From a virus, in the IMG/VR virus record IMGVR_UViG_3300027733_000050, positions 1 to 64,000 of that record: a DNA stretch of 64,000 bases. One strand, written 5' to 3'. Both the position numbers and the translations under genes were made by a program. The stretch's first letter is position 1, and each line of letters starts with the position of its first letter. A model generated the notes under the pieces. The model was not told the origin of the DNA, searched no databases, and saw nothing but the letters and a program-made list of their open reading frames with translations. Below are positions 55,521 to 63,166 of the stretch, piece by piece.

Positions 55521-55807
55521 GGGTGAAATGTTTTATTGATTTCCTTTTTAATCTGCTCTAGCCAGTAATCATCCCAACACATTCCCATATCCTCAACAAA
55601 CGATTCCCAATTGTCTTCCCTAGTGTGATATTGCTGATACAAGTCGCTACCAACAACCTTGTCAACAATATAAATTAGTATGTCTGCGATACCTAACGTA
55701 CCATGGAAGTTGTCTCTAATGTAACTACTACTACACAAGTCTTCCATATAAAGCCATCCCGACAATGTCAGTAATAACTTTTTGTCTTTTTCTAGTTGCT
55801 TATCCAT
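55517..55807 (-). CDS. small acidic protein (96 aa)
   Basis: ORF track. Confidence 0.4.
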   Translation of the reverse strand: MDKQLEKDKKLLLTLSGWLYMEDLCSSSYIRDNFHGTLGIADILIYIVDKVVGSDLYQQYHTREDNWESFVEDMGMCWDDYWLEQIKKEINKTFHP

Positions 55808-56162
55808 TTCTTTCCGATATTATATTGTAAATAATATTTTCTAAAATTGCTGACCATAAATCATCCTCGTATGATTCGTTGTATCTCTTGAGTACCTCTT
55901 CCATTTCTTCCACCGACAAATCCTTATTCAAAATGTTGCACACGTTTACCACATCCTCGTAGCTGATGGAAACAAGTGGCTTGATGCGTTGCTTGTAAAT
56001 AGTCTTTAGAGTATAATCTTTTTGTAGGTACACACACACCTCGTTGTATTCCTCGCAGTAGTGGATGTCAAAGATGTCTGCACTAAACCAAAATTCGGTC
56101 TCATCGGGAGTGATTTCATATCGATAATCTACTCCATTGTAATTGAAATTAATCGTTGTCAT
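55800..56162 (-). CDS. small acidic protein (120 aa)
   Basis: ORF track; preceded by the promoter-like motif at 56171-56185. Confidence 0.45.
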   Translation of the reverse strand: MTTINFNYNGVDYRYEITPDETEFWFSADIFDIHYCEEYNEVCVYLQKDYTLKTIYKQRIKPLVSISYEDVVNVCNILNKDLSVEEMEEVLKRYNESYEDDLWSAILENIIYNIISERNG

Positions 56163-56163
56163 A

Positions 56164-56556
56164 TTACATTAATTTAAGGGTTTCTAAAAGTTGTTTAAGT
56201 CCTATCACTTCGATGACGAATCTTCTATCGTCAATGTTACCATCCTTTAATTCTTGCTGAAGTCCATTAATCTGATTAATGACCATATCGTAAGGATGGG
56301 TGTTGTCAGTGTCAATGTCATTAATCAATTCCACATCTACAGGATCGTATTCTTCATCGGTAATAATACCATCACTATCCAAACAAATCCACCTAGGGAT
56401 GTAACCACATTGGTCATAGATGTCTCTTATAGACTTGTTAATCTTACCACTTGTCTTGAATTCGTTGAGTGTAGCATAGCCTAACTCTTTTATTTCCGAT
56501 GAGTCGCTATAGTACCAATCTATAAAACGACTTGCTAAAATTTTATTTGATTTCAT
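56164..56556 (-). CDS. small acidic protein (130 aa); the only gene here with a canonical Shine-Dalgarno sequence
   Basis: ORF track; AGGAGGA lies 7 nt upstream of the ATG on the coding strand. Confidence 0.45.
   Translation of the reverse strand: MKSNKILASRFIDWYYSDSSEIKELGYATLNEFKTSGKINKSIRDIYDQCGYIPRWICLDSDGIITDEEYDPVDVELINDIDTDNTHPYDMVINQINGLQQELKDGNIDDRRFVIEVIGLKQLLETLKLM
56171..56185 (-). promoter_or_regulatory. conserved early-gene motif copy (reverse strand, consensus TTTAACCCCTTAAAA) upstream of gene 55800-56162
   Basis: aatttaagggtttct on the + strand, 9 nt from the start codon. Confidence 0.4.
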
Positions 56557-56574
56557 AATGTGTCCTCCTATTAA

Positions 56575-57075
56575 TTATAAACTACGTTTTTTAAGATGAA
56601 CGATATGTTTTGCTATATCTTCCAACAACGCATCGGTATCTTCTAATAGATTATCTTGTCGGTAGTCAGCAGATAGTTCAAAGCCACCCTTGTGCAATCC
56701 ATCCTCGTTCTCGTACCGACCTAAATATTTATGTGCATACCATTCCTTATGCTCCCAACAATTATATCTTTTATCTAACTCTCCAATAAATCTTATAGTC
56801 AAGCGACAATAATCTTTATGCTCATACACTTCTAACTCGTAACCGAAGTTATCGAGTAGGTCGGTGACATCAGCCGTTAGCCGATGTAGTAACTCATCGT
56901 TGACAATCTTAGCCATCCTAGTCTGCTCTCTAAATTGTTCTTTCTTGATGGATATTTCATCTAGCTGACTATTGATGAAATTTAATAGGTCATTGTTGCT
57001 GACCTTCTTTGACTTGTTGATTCTATCGAATTCGCTTATCAGTGAGTTGATAATGTTTTGCTGATTGTTAGTCAT
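56575..57075 (-). CDS. hypothetical protein (166 aa)
   Basis: ORF track; motif at 57087-57101 upstream. Confidence 0.45.
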   Translation of the reverse strand: MTNNQQNIINSLISEFDRINKSKKVSNNDLLNFINSQLDEISIKKEQFREQTRMAKIVNDELLHRLTADVTDLLDNFGYELEVYEHKDYCRLTIRFIGELDKRYNCWEHKEWYAHKYLGRYENEDGLHKGGFELSADYRQDNLLEDTDALLEDIAKHIVHLKKRSL

Positions 57076-57086
57076 CTTGTTTATTG

Positions 57087-57101
57087 TTTTAAGGGGTTTA
57101 T
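57087..57101 (-). promoter_or_regulatory. conserved early-gene motif copy upstream of gene 56575-57075
   Basis: ttttaaggggtttat on the + strand. Confidence 0.5.
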
Positions 57102-57102
57102 A

Positions 57103-57654
57103 TTATTGTTCAGTTCTTACAAAGTATTTGTTGCAAAATTCTACTACCTTTTTCACTACCTCTTCACTGCACTCTAGGTGGATTACCTTGTCATTCATAA
57201 ACTCTACACCATCGGGATTAACTCTGAAGTATAAACTTCTTGCATGAACATTGTATCCGTATTCGCTATCTACACTTCCATTACGAATTTGAATATCATC
57301 AATGTTAAAATACTTAGATACTTCTGAAATCAATTCTTTTACCCACGCAAGATGGCTTGCACTTTTTAAAGCATCATCATTGCTCTTAAGATACTTTTTT
57401 ACTAGAGTGTTTACTGAATCTGAACTTGGTTTCATAACTTTTAGTTTTAAGGGGTTAACTGCTTTTAAGAAATTTACGATGCAGTCATATTCCGAATGCC
57501 TTGCATCATTGTACTTGCTTTCGGAGAAGTCAGCATACAAATGCTCTGCTACTTCCCATTGGATGTCTAGTGCCTCATCCTTGTCTATGTTACCGAAATT
57601 AATTGCTAGGTGTAACATCGTGTACACTGAATAGCCATCTTGTGATTGTTTCAT
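57103..57654 (-). CDS. hypothetical protein (183 aa), possibly with a nested in-frame internal start
   Basis: ORF track; the promoter-like motif occurs both upstream (57657-57682) and internally (57445-57459) 10 nt before an in-frame ATG (MKPSSD). Confidence 0.45.
   Translation of the reverse strand: MKQSQDGYSVYTMLHLAINFGNIDKDEALDIQWEVAEHLYADFSESKYNDARHSEYDCIVNFLKAVNPLKLKVMKPSSDSVNTLVKKYLKSNDDALKSASHLAWVKELISEVSKYFNIDDIQIRNGSVDSEYGYNVHARSLYFRVNPDGVEFMNDKVIHLECSEEVVKKVVEFCNKYFVRTEQ
57445..57459 (-). promoter_or_regulatory. conserved early-gene motif copy inside ORF 57103-57654, upstream of an internal in-frame ATG
   Basis: ttttaaggggttaac on the + strand, 10 nt from the internal ATG at 57433-57435. 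Confidence 0.45.
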
Positions 57655-57656
57655 AA

Positions 57657-57682
57657 TTTTAAGGGGTTTTAAGGGGTTAAAC
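57657..57682 (-). promoter_or_regulatory. tandem double copy of the conserved early-gene motif upstream of gene 57103-57654
   Basis: ttttaaggggttttaaggggttaaac on the + strand. Confidence 0.5.
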
Positions 57683-57702
57683 TTATTCTATTAACGATAC
57701 TT

Positions 57703-58089
57703 CTAGCAATATATTACTTCTCCGAAGAAAATTGTTTGGATGATTACATCAGTGTCAGACACATCGTATTCCTCATTCAACACATTCATCAACTGATCGA
57801 TCGGTGCGTTGTTCATCCTTTCGTGGATGTCAGCTAGTGTTACGTAAAACACTTCTTCGCACTCTAGGTCATAGATGCCTAGCTTACCACCATCCTTTAG
57901 CATTTCCATCAGCACATCTTCGTAGCAAGGTGTGTTACCTTTGTACATTTCCATCAATTTACTCTTGCTCTGCTCGTAGGATTTCTTGCCATATATCCAC
58001 TGCAACGAGTGAATGTGAATGTCATTGTCGCATAGGCAATTGAAGAATACATCTTCTGCTTGTGCTTTACTTAATTGATACTTTGTCAT
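57703..58089 (-). CDS. hypothetical acidic protein (128 aa)
   Basis: ORF track; motif at 58100-58114 upstream. Confidence 0.45.
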   Translation of the reverse strand: MTKYQLSKAQAEDVFFNCLCDNDIHIHSLQWIYGKKSYEQSKSKLMEMYKGNTPCYEDVLMEMLKDGGKLGIYDLECEEVFYVTLADIHERMNNAPIDQLMNVLNEEYDVSDTDVIIQTIFFGEVIYC

Positions 58090-58099
58090 AAGATTATAG

Positions 58100-58114
58100 T
58101 TTTAAGGGGTTAAT
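58100..58114 (-). promoter_or_regulatory. conserved early-gene motif copy upstream of gene 57703-58089
   Basis: ttttaaggggttaat on the + strand. Confidence 0.5.
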
Positions 58115-58115
58115 G

Positions 58116-58340
58116 TTATTTAGAATAATGTAAGGAGCAATTACCACTCTCCTTGTTAGTGTAGATGTTGCATATCCATGCTTTGTAAAAACCATCAGCA
58201 CACGTGTACACTAGCTGATTGGTGTATGTTTCCGATGGATGATTGCCTTTGTCCTCTGATAGCACAAAGCCGTTGCTGATTAGATGTTTGATTTTAGAAT
58301 CTAAAGAATCAATGTCAAACCAAATTGAATTAGTGTCCAT
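58116..58340 (-). CDS. hypothetical small protein (74 aa)
   Basis: ORF track; degenerate motif at 58350-58364. Confidence 0.4.
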   Translation of the reverse strand: MDTNSIWFDIDSLDSKIKHLISNGFVLSEDKGNHPSETYTNQLVYTCADGFYKAWICNIYTNKESGNCSLHYSK

Positions 58341-58349
58341 AAGAATAAA

Positions 58350-58364
58350 GATTAAAGGTTAATA
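58350..58364 (-). promoter_or_regulatory. degenerate motif copy upstream of gene 58116-58340
   Basis: gattaaaggttaata on the + strand. Confidence 0.3.
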
Positions 58365-58474
58365 TTATTGTTTGTTAAAGGGAACTATCATTATTTCGTA
58401 TACCTAGGTTTAGCTTGTAAGCTACCCATAGGCAGAGGGGAATCATAACCTCTCCACCTAGGATTGCCATCATA

Positions 58475-58924
58475 CTAATTAATTTCCCAATCGAAATTCT
58501 CAACCATCTCATCAGTGTCATCATAATACAATTGTCCGTTGTTAATGTTTCTAGTAAAGGCTCTTCCGTTATACTTACCACTAGCAAAGAAGTGTGCATC
58601 CAAGTCCACATAGATTTCCATATCTAGGTAATTCCATTTGTCATCAGTAACTTGGAACTTCATCTTTGTACCTACCAACGATGCCACTAACTTGGTGTCG
58701 GTTTCTGCGTGTGGTTGTAACTTAAACACATCAATTACCTTGTATGCCCTAACATTATTGAACTCCATATTCTCGATGGTCATTGATAGGTATTGCCTAG
58801 TGTCATCTATCTGCTCTACACTATCTCCAACATTATTTTTAGATGCATCGTAGATTAATTGCTGACCTTTGCTTGGTGCAGTCATCCCTAGGATAACCGC
58901 TACCACTACTAATAATTTCTTCAT
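58475..58924 (-). CDS. secreted protein (149 aa)
   Basis: Signal peptide MKKLLVVVAVILGMTAPSKG. Confidence 0.45.
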   Translation of the reverse strand: MKKLLVVVAVILGMTAPSKGQQLIYDASKNNVGDSVEQIDDTRQYLSMTIENMEFNNVRAYKVIDVFKLQPHAETDTKLVASLVGTKMKFQVTDDKWNYLDMEIYVDLDAHFFASGKYNGRAFTRNINNGQLYYDDTDEMVENFDWEIN

Positions 58925-58965
58925 AGGATTAAATTTATTTATTGGTTAAACTGATTACTGATTAA

Positions 58966-59478
58966 TTATTGTTTACTCAACGCAGTGCCCCAGTTCGTGA
59001 ACACCACCTCGCCTCTGCTATTGCGTAGTCGGAACTTATACTTCGCACCTTGATACCATCCGCACATATTAATTGCACCATTGCCGTTACCCTGCGTTGT
59101 AAGGTCAGTGAACGTGTGGCCTAGGTATCTACCTGTCACATCTCCAACAAACCTAGTGCCATCCCATCGGTATACGATGGTAAATTCTGCACCACTCACT
59201 GCATCAGTAAAGCGGAATGTCTTACCAATTACTAGGTTAGGTGTAGGCATCTGACCATACACTAAATTCTGCACCTTCCACTTGTGGCAATACACCACAT
59301 TCAACCCTAGTGTGTCGCATCGGAAGTCTAACGTGTAGTCTAGACTATCTACCACGTTGCTAGTGTTGGATGCTCGGTTGCTAGGTTGCACCATACCCAA
59401 CTCATCATTTTCTTTCGTGCATGATGTAGCCATAACTACCATAGTTAACATTGCTACTAATTTCATTACTTGTTTCAT
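58966..59478 (-). CDS. lipoprotein (170 aa)
   Basis: Signal with lipobox MVVMATSC; motif at 59482-59503 upstream. Confidence 0.45.
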   Translation of the reverse strand: MKQVMKLVAMLTMVVMATSCTKENDELGMVQPSNRASNTSNVVDSLDYTLDFRCDTLGLNVVYCHKWKVQNLVYGQMPTPNLVIGKTFRFTDAVSGAEFTIVYRWDGTRFVGDVTGRYLGHTFTDLTTQGNGNGAINMCGWYQGAKYKFRLRNSRGEVVFTNWGTALSKQ

Positions 59479-59481
59479 AAC

Positions 59482-59503
59482 TTTAAGGGATTAAGGGTTA
59501 AAT
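59482..59503 (-). promoter_or_regulatory. double (degenerate) motif copy upstream of gene 58966-59478
   Basis: tttaagggattaagggttaaat on the + strand. Confidence 0.45.
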
Positions 59504-59955
59504 TAATTATTTTGTTCTTCGATGCAACTTCTTATTGCCTCTTCAATAGCATCTATTCTATTCCAACTTTTTAAAGTCTCTTCATTATCTCCATTGAATG
59601 TTTGTAACTCTTCATCAGTGTAACTTTCAAATCTTATTTTTAAAGAGTCATATGCTGATACTAGCACCGCACCTCTACCATCTAGGTGTTCGCTCTCGTA
59701 CCACTCATCATCATCCAATTCTTCCCACTGAGTGTGGTAGTACATTTCCTCATCGAAGAAGAAATCTAGTAACTCTTCATCATCATTGCAGTCAGTAGAT
59801 AACTTGCCTTTGCAGTTAACCCACTCTATTGTGCGTAGGTGTTCTAGCAAGTGTGCCCTAGTGCTGAAGTACATTTCTCCATCTCCGAAACAAAAGCCTT
59901 CGTTGATTCCGTTGTTTGTTGCATCGCATCTGCGAGCGAATTTAAATCTTTTCAT
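59503..59955 (-). CDS. highly acidic protein (150 aa)
   Basis: ORF track; D/E/W-rich (DNA-mimic-like composition); motif at 59965-59979 upstream. Confidence 0.45.
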   Translation of the reverse strand: MKRFKFARRCDATNNGINEGFCFGDGEMYFSTRAHLLEHLRTIEWVNCKGKLSTDCNDDEELLDFFFDEEMYYHTQWEELDDDEWYESEHLDGRGAVLVSAYDSLKIRFESYTDEELQTFNGDNEETLKSWNRIDAIEEAIRSCIEEQNN

Positions 59956-59964
59956 AACGATATA

Positions 59965-59979
59965 TTTTTAGGGGTTTAT
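59965..59979 (-). promoter_or_regulatory. motif copy upstream of gene 59503-59955
   Basis: tttttaggggtttat on the + strand. Confidence 0.45.
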
Positions 59980-60006
59980 ATATTACTAACGTGATTGCTT
60001 ATCCGT

Positions 60007-60327
60007 TTATTGTGCCTTGGGTAAAGAATATCCTTGGCTTTCTAAATTATCAAACATTACTTTGAATGCCTTATACATGGACTTCTTATAAGCCTCAGTT
60101 TGATGCTCGAAAATTCTGCTATACATCATGCTTGTGATTGTTACAAACTGCATCTCGGCTTGGTATGAAAGGAAAGCATAGGTCTCGCCTCTAGATAAAC
60201 TATCTACCAATTCTTGTAGACTACCGATTGCTAACACTTCCTTGTTTGGATGCGTGAAATTCTTTTCTGCTGATGCTTTGATGTGTGCATCTGCAACCGC
60301 TTTGATTTCTTTTGTGATACGTTTCAT
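60007..60327 (-). CDS. hypothetical protein (106 aa)
   Basis: ORF track; motif at 60332-60351 upstream. Confidence 0.45.
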   Translation of the reverse strand: MKRITKEIKAVADAHIKASAEKNFTHPNKEVLAIGSLQELVDSLSRGETYAFLSYQAEMQFVTITSMMYSRIFEHQTEAYKKSMYKAFKVMFDNLESQGYSLPKAQ

Positions 60328-60331
60328 AACC

Positions 60332-60351
60332 TAGGGGATTAAGGGGTTTAT
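60332..60351 (-). promoter_or_regulatory. double motif copy upstream of gene 60007-60327
   Basis: taggggattaaggggtttat on the + strand. Confidence 0.45.
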
Positions 60352-60386
60352 ACTACTAACGTGAATTGTGAATTGTTTATTGTGTA

Positions 60387-60581
60387 CTATTGTAACTTTG
60401 CTATTTGCTCTAGTGTTGGCTTGTTGCCATTAACTCTAACGTAGTATTCGCTGAATGTCCACTTACGTTTAAAGTTGCGTGCATGGTCGAATGATTTGAA
60501 TACCTTGGTGATGCTAGTTGACCATCCATTTCTACCCTCGTTTACAAAGGTGATTTCAATGTTTAGATCGGTGGTGTTCAT
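60387..60581 (-). CDS. hypothetical small protein (64 aa)
   Basis: ORF track. Confidence 0.35.
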   Translation of the reverse strand: MNTTDLNIEITFVNEGRNGWSTSITKVFKSFDHARNFKRKWTFSEYYVRVNGNKPTLEQIAKLQ

Positions 60582-60778
60582 AGGTCATTCAGTTTATTTG
60601 TTATCATAATTGCTAGCACTGATGATGTCCCTAGGGTAAACAATAAGAACATCTCTAGCATCGGTGTGTTCGGTGTCACCTTTGAGTTTGCTACATCTAC
60701 GATTAGGAATAGTGATGCTGATGCTAATACTACCAATCCAATTGCGATTAGTGTGCCGATTAATTTGTCTAGTCTCAT
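60578..60778 (-). CDS. small membrane protein (66 aa)
   Basis: Two hydrophobic helices (LIGTLIAIGLVVLASASLFLIV; LLFTLGTSSVLAIMI). Confidence 0.4.
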   Translation of the reverse strand: MRLDKLIGTLIAIGLVVLASASLFLIVDVANSKVTPNTPMLEMFLLFTLGTSSVLAIMITNKLNDL

Positions 60779-60782
60779 GATA

Positions 60783-60960
60783 TTAGTCGTGTAAAGGGTT
60801 GATTAAATTATTTTCGTAGCGGTAAGCCTCTTCTTTAGCTATAATTTTACCAAGGATAACCAAGGCTTTTACCTTTTCTTCAGTGCTTACATTGTCTGAT
60901 TTAGCTATGTTCTTTAGTAACTGAACATAAAGGTCGATTTGCTTTTTTAATTGCTCATTC
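60783..60960 (-). CDS. small helical protein (59 aa), not in the ORF track
   Basis: ATG at 60960 (reverse strand), TAA at 60783-60785; MNEQLKKQIDLYVQLLKNIAKSDNVSTEEKVKALVILGKIIAKEEAYRYENNLINPLHD; motif at 60973-60987 upstream. Confidence 0.35.
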
Positions 60961-60972
60961 ATAACATTAAGA

Positions 60973-60987
60973 TTTTAAGGGTTAAAC
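60973..60987 (-). promoter_or_regulatory. motif copy upstream of small ORF 60783-60960
   Basis: ttttaagggttaaac on the + strand. Confidence 0.45.
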
Positions 60988-60997
60988 TATATTCTAG

Positions 60998-61040
60998 AGC
61001 GGAGTGAGGGTTCGAACCTCTTATCCCTAATGACTCCGCT
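60998..61040 (-). other. tRNA-like minihelix (acceptor stem AGCGGAG/CTCCGCT plus T-arm-like GAGG-TTCGAAC-CCTC) with no D or anticodon arms
   Basis: The minus strand reads AGCGGAG-TCATTAGGGATA-AGAGG-TTCGAAC-CCTCA-CTCCGCT; the T-loop consensus is kept but only 12 nt sit where about 40 nt of D/anticodon arms would be; located between two minus-strand genes. Confidence 0.35.
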
Positions 61041-61062
61041 GACCACCTTTAATTCACTCGTA

Positions 61063-61530
61063 CTATTTACTATTTACAAATAGCCTATCTTTATGTTTCA
61101 TTTGTACACTATAGCTAGTCACTCTAGGTACTTCAACCTCTGACATATGTTCTAGGTCAAAGATTGATTTTTGTGAGTTAGCCATACCTAAACTTAAGGC
61201 ACTTTTAAGTGACCATTTTCTATCGAAATCGTCATCCTTTTCTAGCAACATTACAACATCGAAGTGGTAAACTTTGTCGCTATCTAACCACCCACCGAAA
61301 GCTAATTTGATGTCTAGTTTCTTCCAATCTGACTCAACTTCCATCATTTCATTGTATACTTGGATGCAGTGTTCAGCACCCTCTAGGTTGTGACTATTCA
61401 AAGTCTGTTTTACTCCGACTACGAAGTAGTTACCGCTTACATCGTTGCCTTGTGCATCCATTGTGAAACCCATCGGGTTTTGTTCTGCTTTACGCATCAT
61501 GTCTGATGCAGTTACTGAAGTTGTGTTCAT
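61063..61530 (-). CDS. hypothetical protein (155 aa)
   Basis: ORF track; motif at 61540-61553 upstream. Confidence 0.45.
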   Translation of the reverse strand: MNTTSVTASDMMRKAEQNPMGFTMDAQGNDVSGNYFVVGVKQTLNSHNLEGAEHCIQVYNEMMEVESDWKKLDIKLAFGGWLDSDKVYHFDVVMLLEKDDDFDRKWSLKSALSLGMANSQKSIFDLEHMSEVEVPRVTSYSVQMKHKDRLFVNSK

Positions 61531-61539
61531 GATTATAAG

Positions 61540-61553
61540 TATTAAGGGTTAAT
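61540..61553 (-). promoter_or_regulatory. motif copy upstream of gene 61063-61530
   Basis: tattaagggttaat on the + strand. Confidence 0.4.
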
Positions 61554-61580
61554 AATTAGTTAACGTGATTACTAGTTGGT

Positions 61581-61796
61581 TTATTGCTTGCCTACTGACA
61601 TTGCACCTAGGATTGCGACTACAAACTGAAGACTAAATACTATAACTGCTGACTGCTCTGTTACTGCTCCAAGTAATCCAATCGTTGCTACTAGTGTGCA
61701 AGTGATTGTTAGTTTAAGTTTGTTTGTCATGGCGTTGTTATCGTTGGTGTTCGGTATAATAACAGCGAAACTACATCGGATATTGTGCTTTGTCAA
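61581..61796 (-). CDS. small membrane protein (71 aa)
   Basis: Hydrophobic helices (LTITCTLVATIGLLGAV; VIVFSLQFVVAILGAM). Confidence 0.35.
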   Translation of the reverse strand: MTKHNIRCSFAVIIPNTNDNNAMTNKLKLTITCTLVATIGLLGAVTEQSAVIVFSLQFVVAILGAMSVGKQ

Positions 61797-61889
61797 GCAT
61801 TATTTTGTAAGTGATTGATTATCAGCATAAAAACTTTCAATAATTCTTTACAATGTGGTTGTGTGTATGGATGCAATGAACTAAGTCTA

Positions 61890-62520
61890 TATTACTGCGT
61901 GCGTGTACACTCGCAGGATACCATTACGTGCGTGCGTGCGTATGTGCGTGCGTTCTTTGTTAATAGGTTGCAATAAATTCTATGTGCCAAAATCGTGCCA
62001 AACTATTGCTATTCCCAAAATGGGAAACTTGTCCCAAAATGGGAATTTACGTTCATTTATTTTCATTTATACGTGTGGTTGTCACAACATTTGTACGTAC
62101 AACAGTTGTATATACAACAATCGATTGCTTGTCTACTGCGTGTGCGTGTGCGTTTGTCTACTGCGTGCGATTGTCTACTGCGTGTGCGTGCGTGACTTGA
62201 TGCAAGGCTTGATAGGTGTATTAAGCCTAGGTAATTTGTCTCGTAAGCCTAGGTGTAACGCAATGAGCCTTAATCATTTGCATCTGCATCTAGGAGTGGA
62301 AATCGGATGGCTTTTGTTTTTACTTTCTTCGTTGGTGGCAACTAACGTCAACACATAACGCTTTTGCATTTGCCTCTGCGTTCGTGTGTGTGGAGGGGGT
62401 GTTTTTTTTCTTCCTTGCGTCCACCTATATGCTACGTATACTAGATCACACCTGCAATTTTAGAATTTTTAGAGGGCATTACCCTGGCCTGGGTGGGGGG
62501 GAATTGTTTTACAGGGGAGG
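61890..62520. repeat. GC-enriched non-coding repeat island: (CG/TG)n alternating tracts, 3x GTCTACTGCGTG, 2x palindromic TTCCCAAAATGGGAA, 2x TAAGCCTAGGT, 2x TTCATTTAT, TTGTATATACAA palindrome and G7 tracts
   Basis: Seen directly; no credible ORF (the track ORFs here are Cys/Val-rich artefacts of the repeats); composition differs from the flanking AT-rich DNA. Confidence 0.55.
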
Positions 62521-62684
62521 ACATTCTATTAGCCTTTATAGTGGTTATAGGAAGTATTGTATATCAGTTACTTGTATTGTAGCCAGTATAAATATAGCAT
62601 GGATCTTTAAACTATAGATAACATTAGTAATCAATTACTTACAAAACAGTAGTATGATCTGAGGAATAAGTTTAAACGTAATTA

Positions 62685-63165
62685 ATAACTGATAATCAAT
62701 AACTTATATATACAACATTACATAACTGAAAGTAAAAGTATAGTACATAGTAAAAATATAAAAATCGTTAGTAAAAGGTATAAAATACATTATTGTATAA
62801 AATAAGGGGGTATAGGGGTAATATAGGGAATCCTGGGTTTCGATATACAGCATGGCCCTAGATATACTGATAATCAGCTACTAATTCAAAAATAAGATCG
62901 AGTTGCCAGAAAAACCCGAAAATTAACTCATTGATTATCAGGGAGAAATTCCATGAAAAGATGTTCTCCATGAGTATCAATTAGTTACGTAAAAAACAGG
63001 CGTTAGGTATAATTCTGGCACACAAATTGCATGCAGATCCAGCAAGAAACGACTGCAAAAACGATGAAAACAGCGTTCCATGGTATAATTCTGGCACACG
63101 ATTTGCAATAAAAATCTAAAAACAAAGTAAAAAAAATAACCAAATTCACAACTAATTGATTATCA
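62685..63165 (+). promoter_or_regulatory. control region upstream of the RHH gene: four copies of the palindrome CTGAT(A/T)ATCAG (about 62687, 62868, 62931, 63156) and a duplicated 25-bp promoter-like element GGTATAATTCTGGCACAC(A/G)A(A/T)TTGCA (63009, 63085)
   Basis: Seen directly; TATAAT-containing direct repeats 76 bp apart; palindromic operators flanking them; the last operator overlaps the RHH start codon. Confidence 0.45.
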
Positions 63166-63166
63166 G

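Noticed and set aside
58375-58611. Minus-strand ORF 58375-58611 (78 aa)
   Set aside because: It overlaps the signal-peptide gene 58475-58924 in another frame; its translation is compositionally odd (MWTWMHTSLLVV...); likely spurious, although the 58341-58474 gap leaves room for a short gene
62381-62420. Rho-independent terminator at the GGAGGGGGTG-TTTTTTTT tract
   Set aside because: No convincing stem precedes the T8 run (only a 4-bp CCTC/GAGG pairing with a 16-nt loop)
61903-62617. ORFs 61903-62358, 61982-62200, 61995-62195 and 62384-62617 from the six-frame track
   Set aside because: Cys/Val/Arg-rich translations generated by GC-rich simple repeats; no start context; they overlap each other; treated as non-coding
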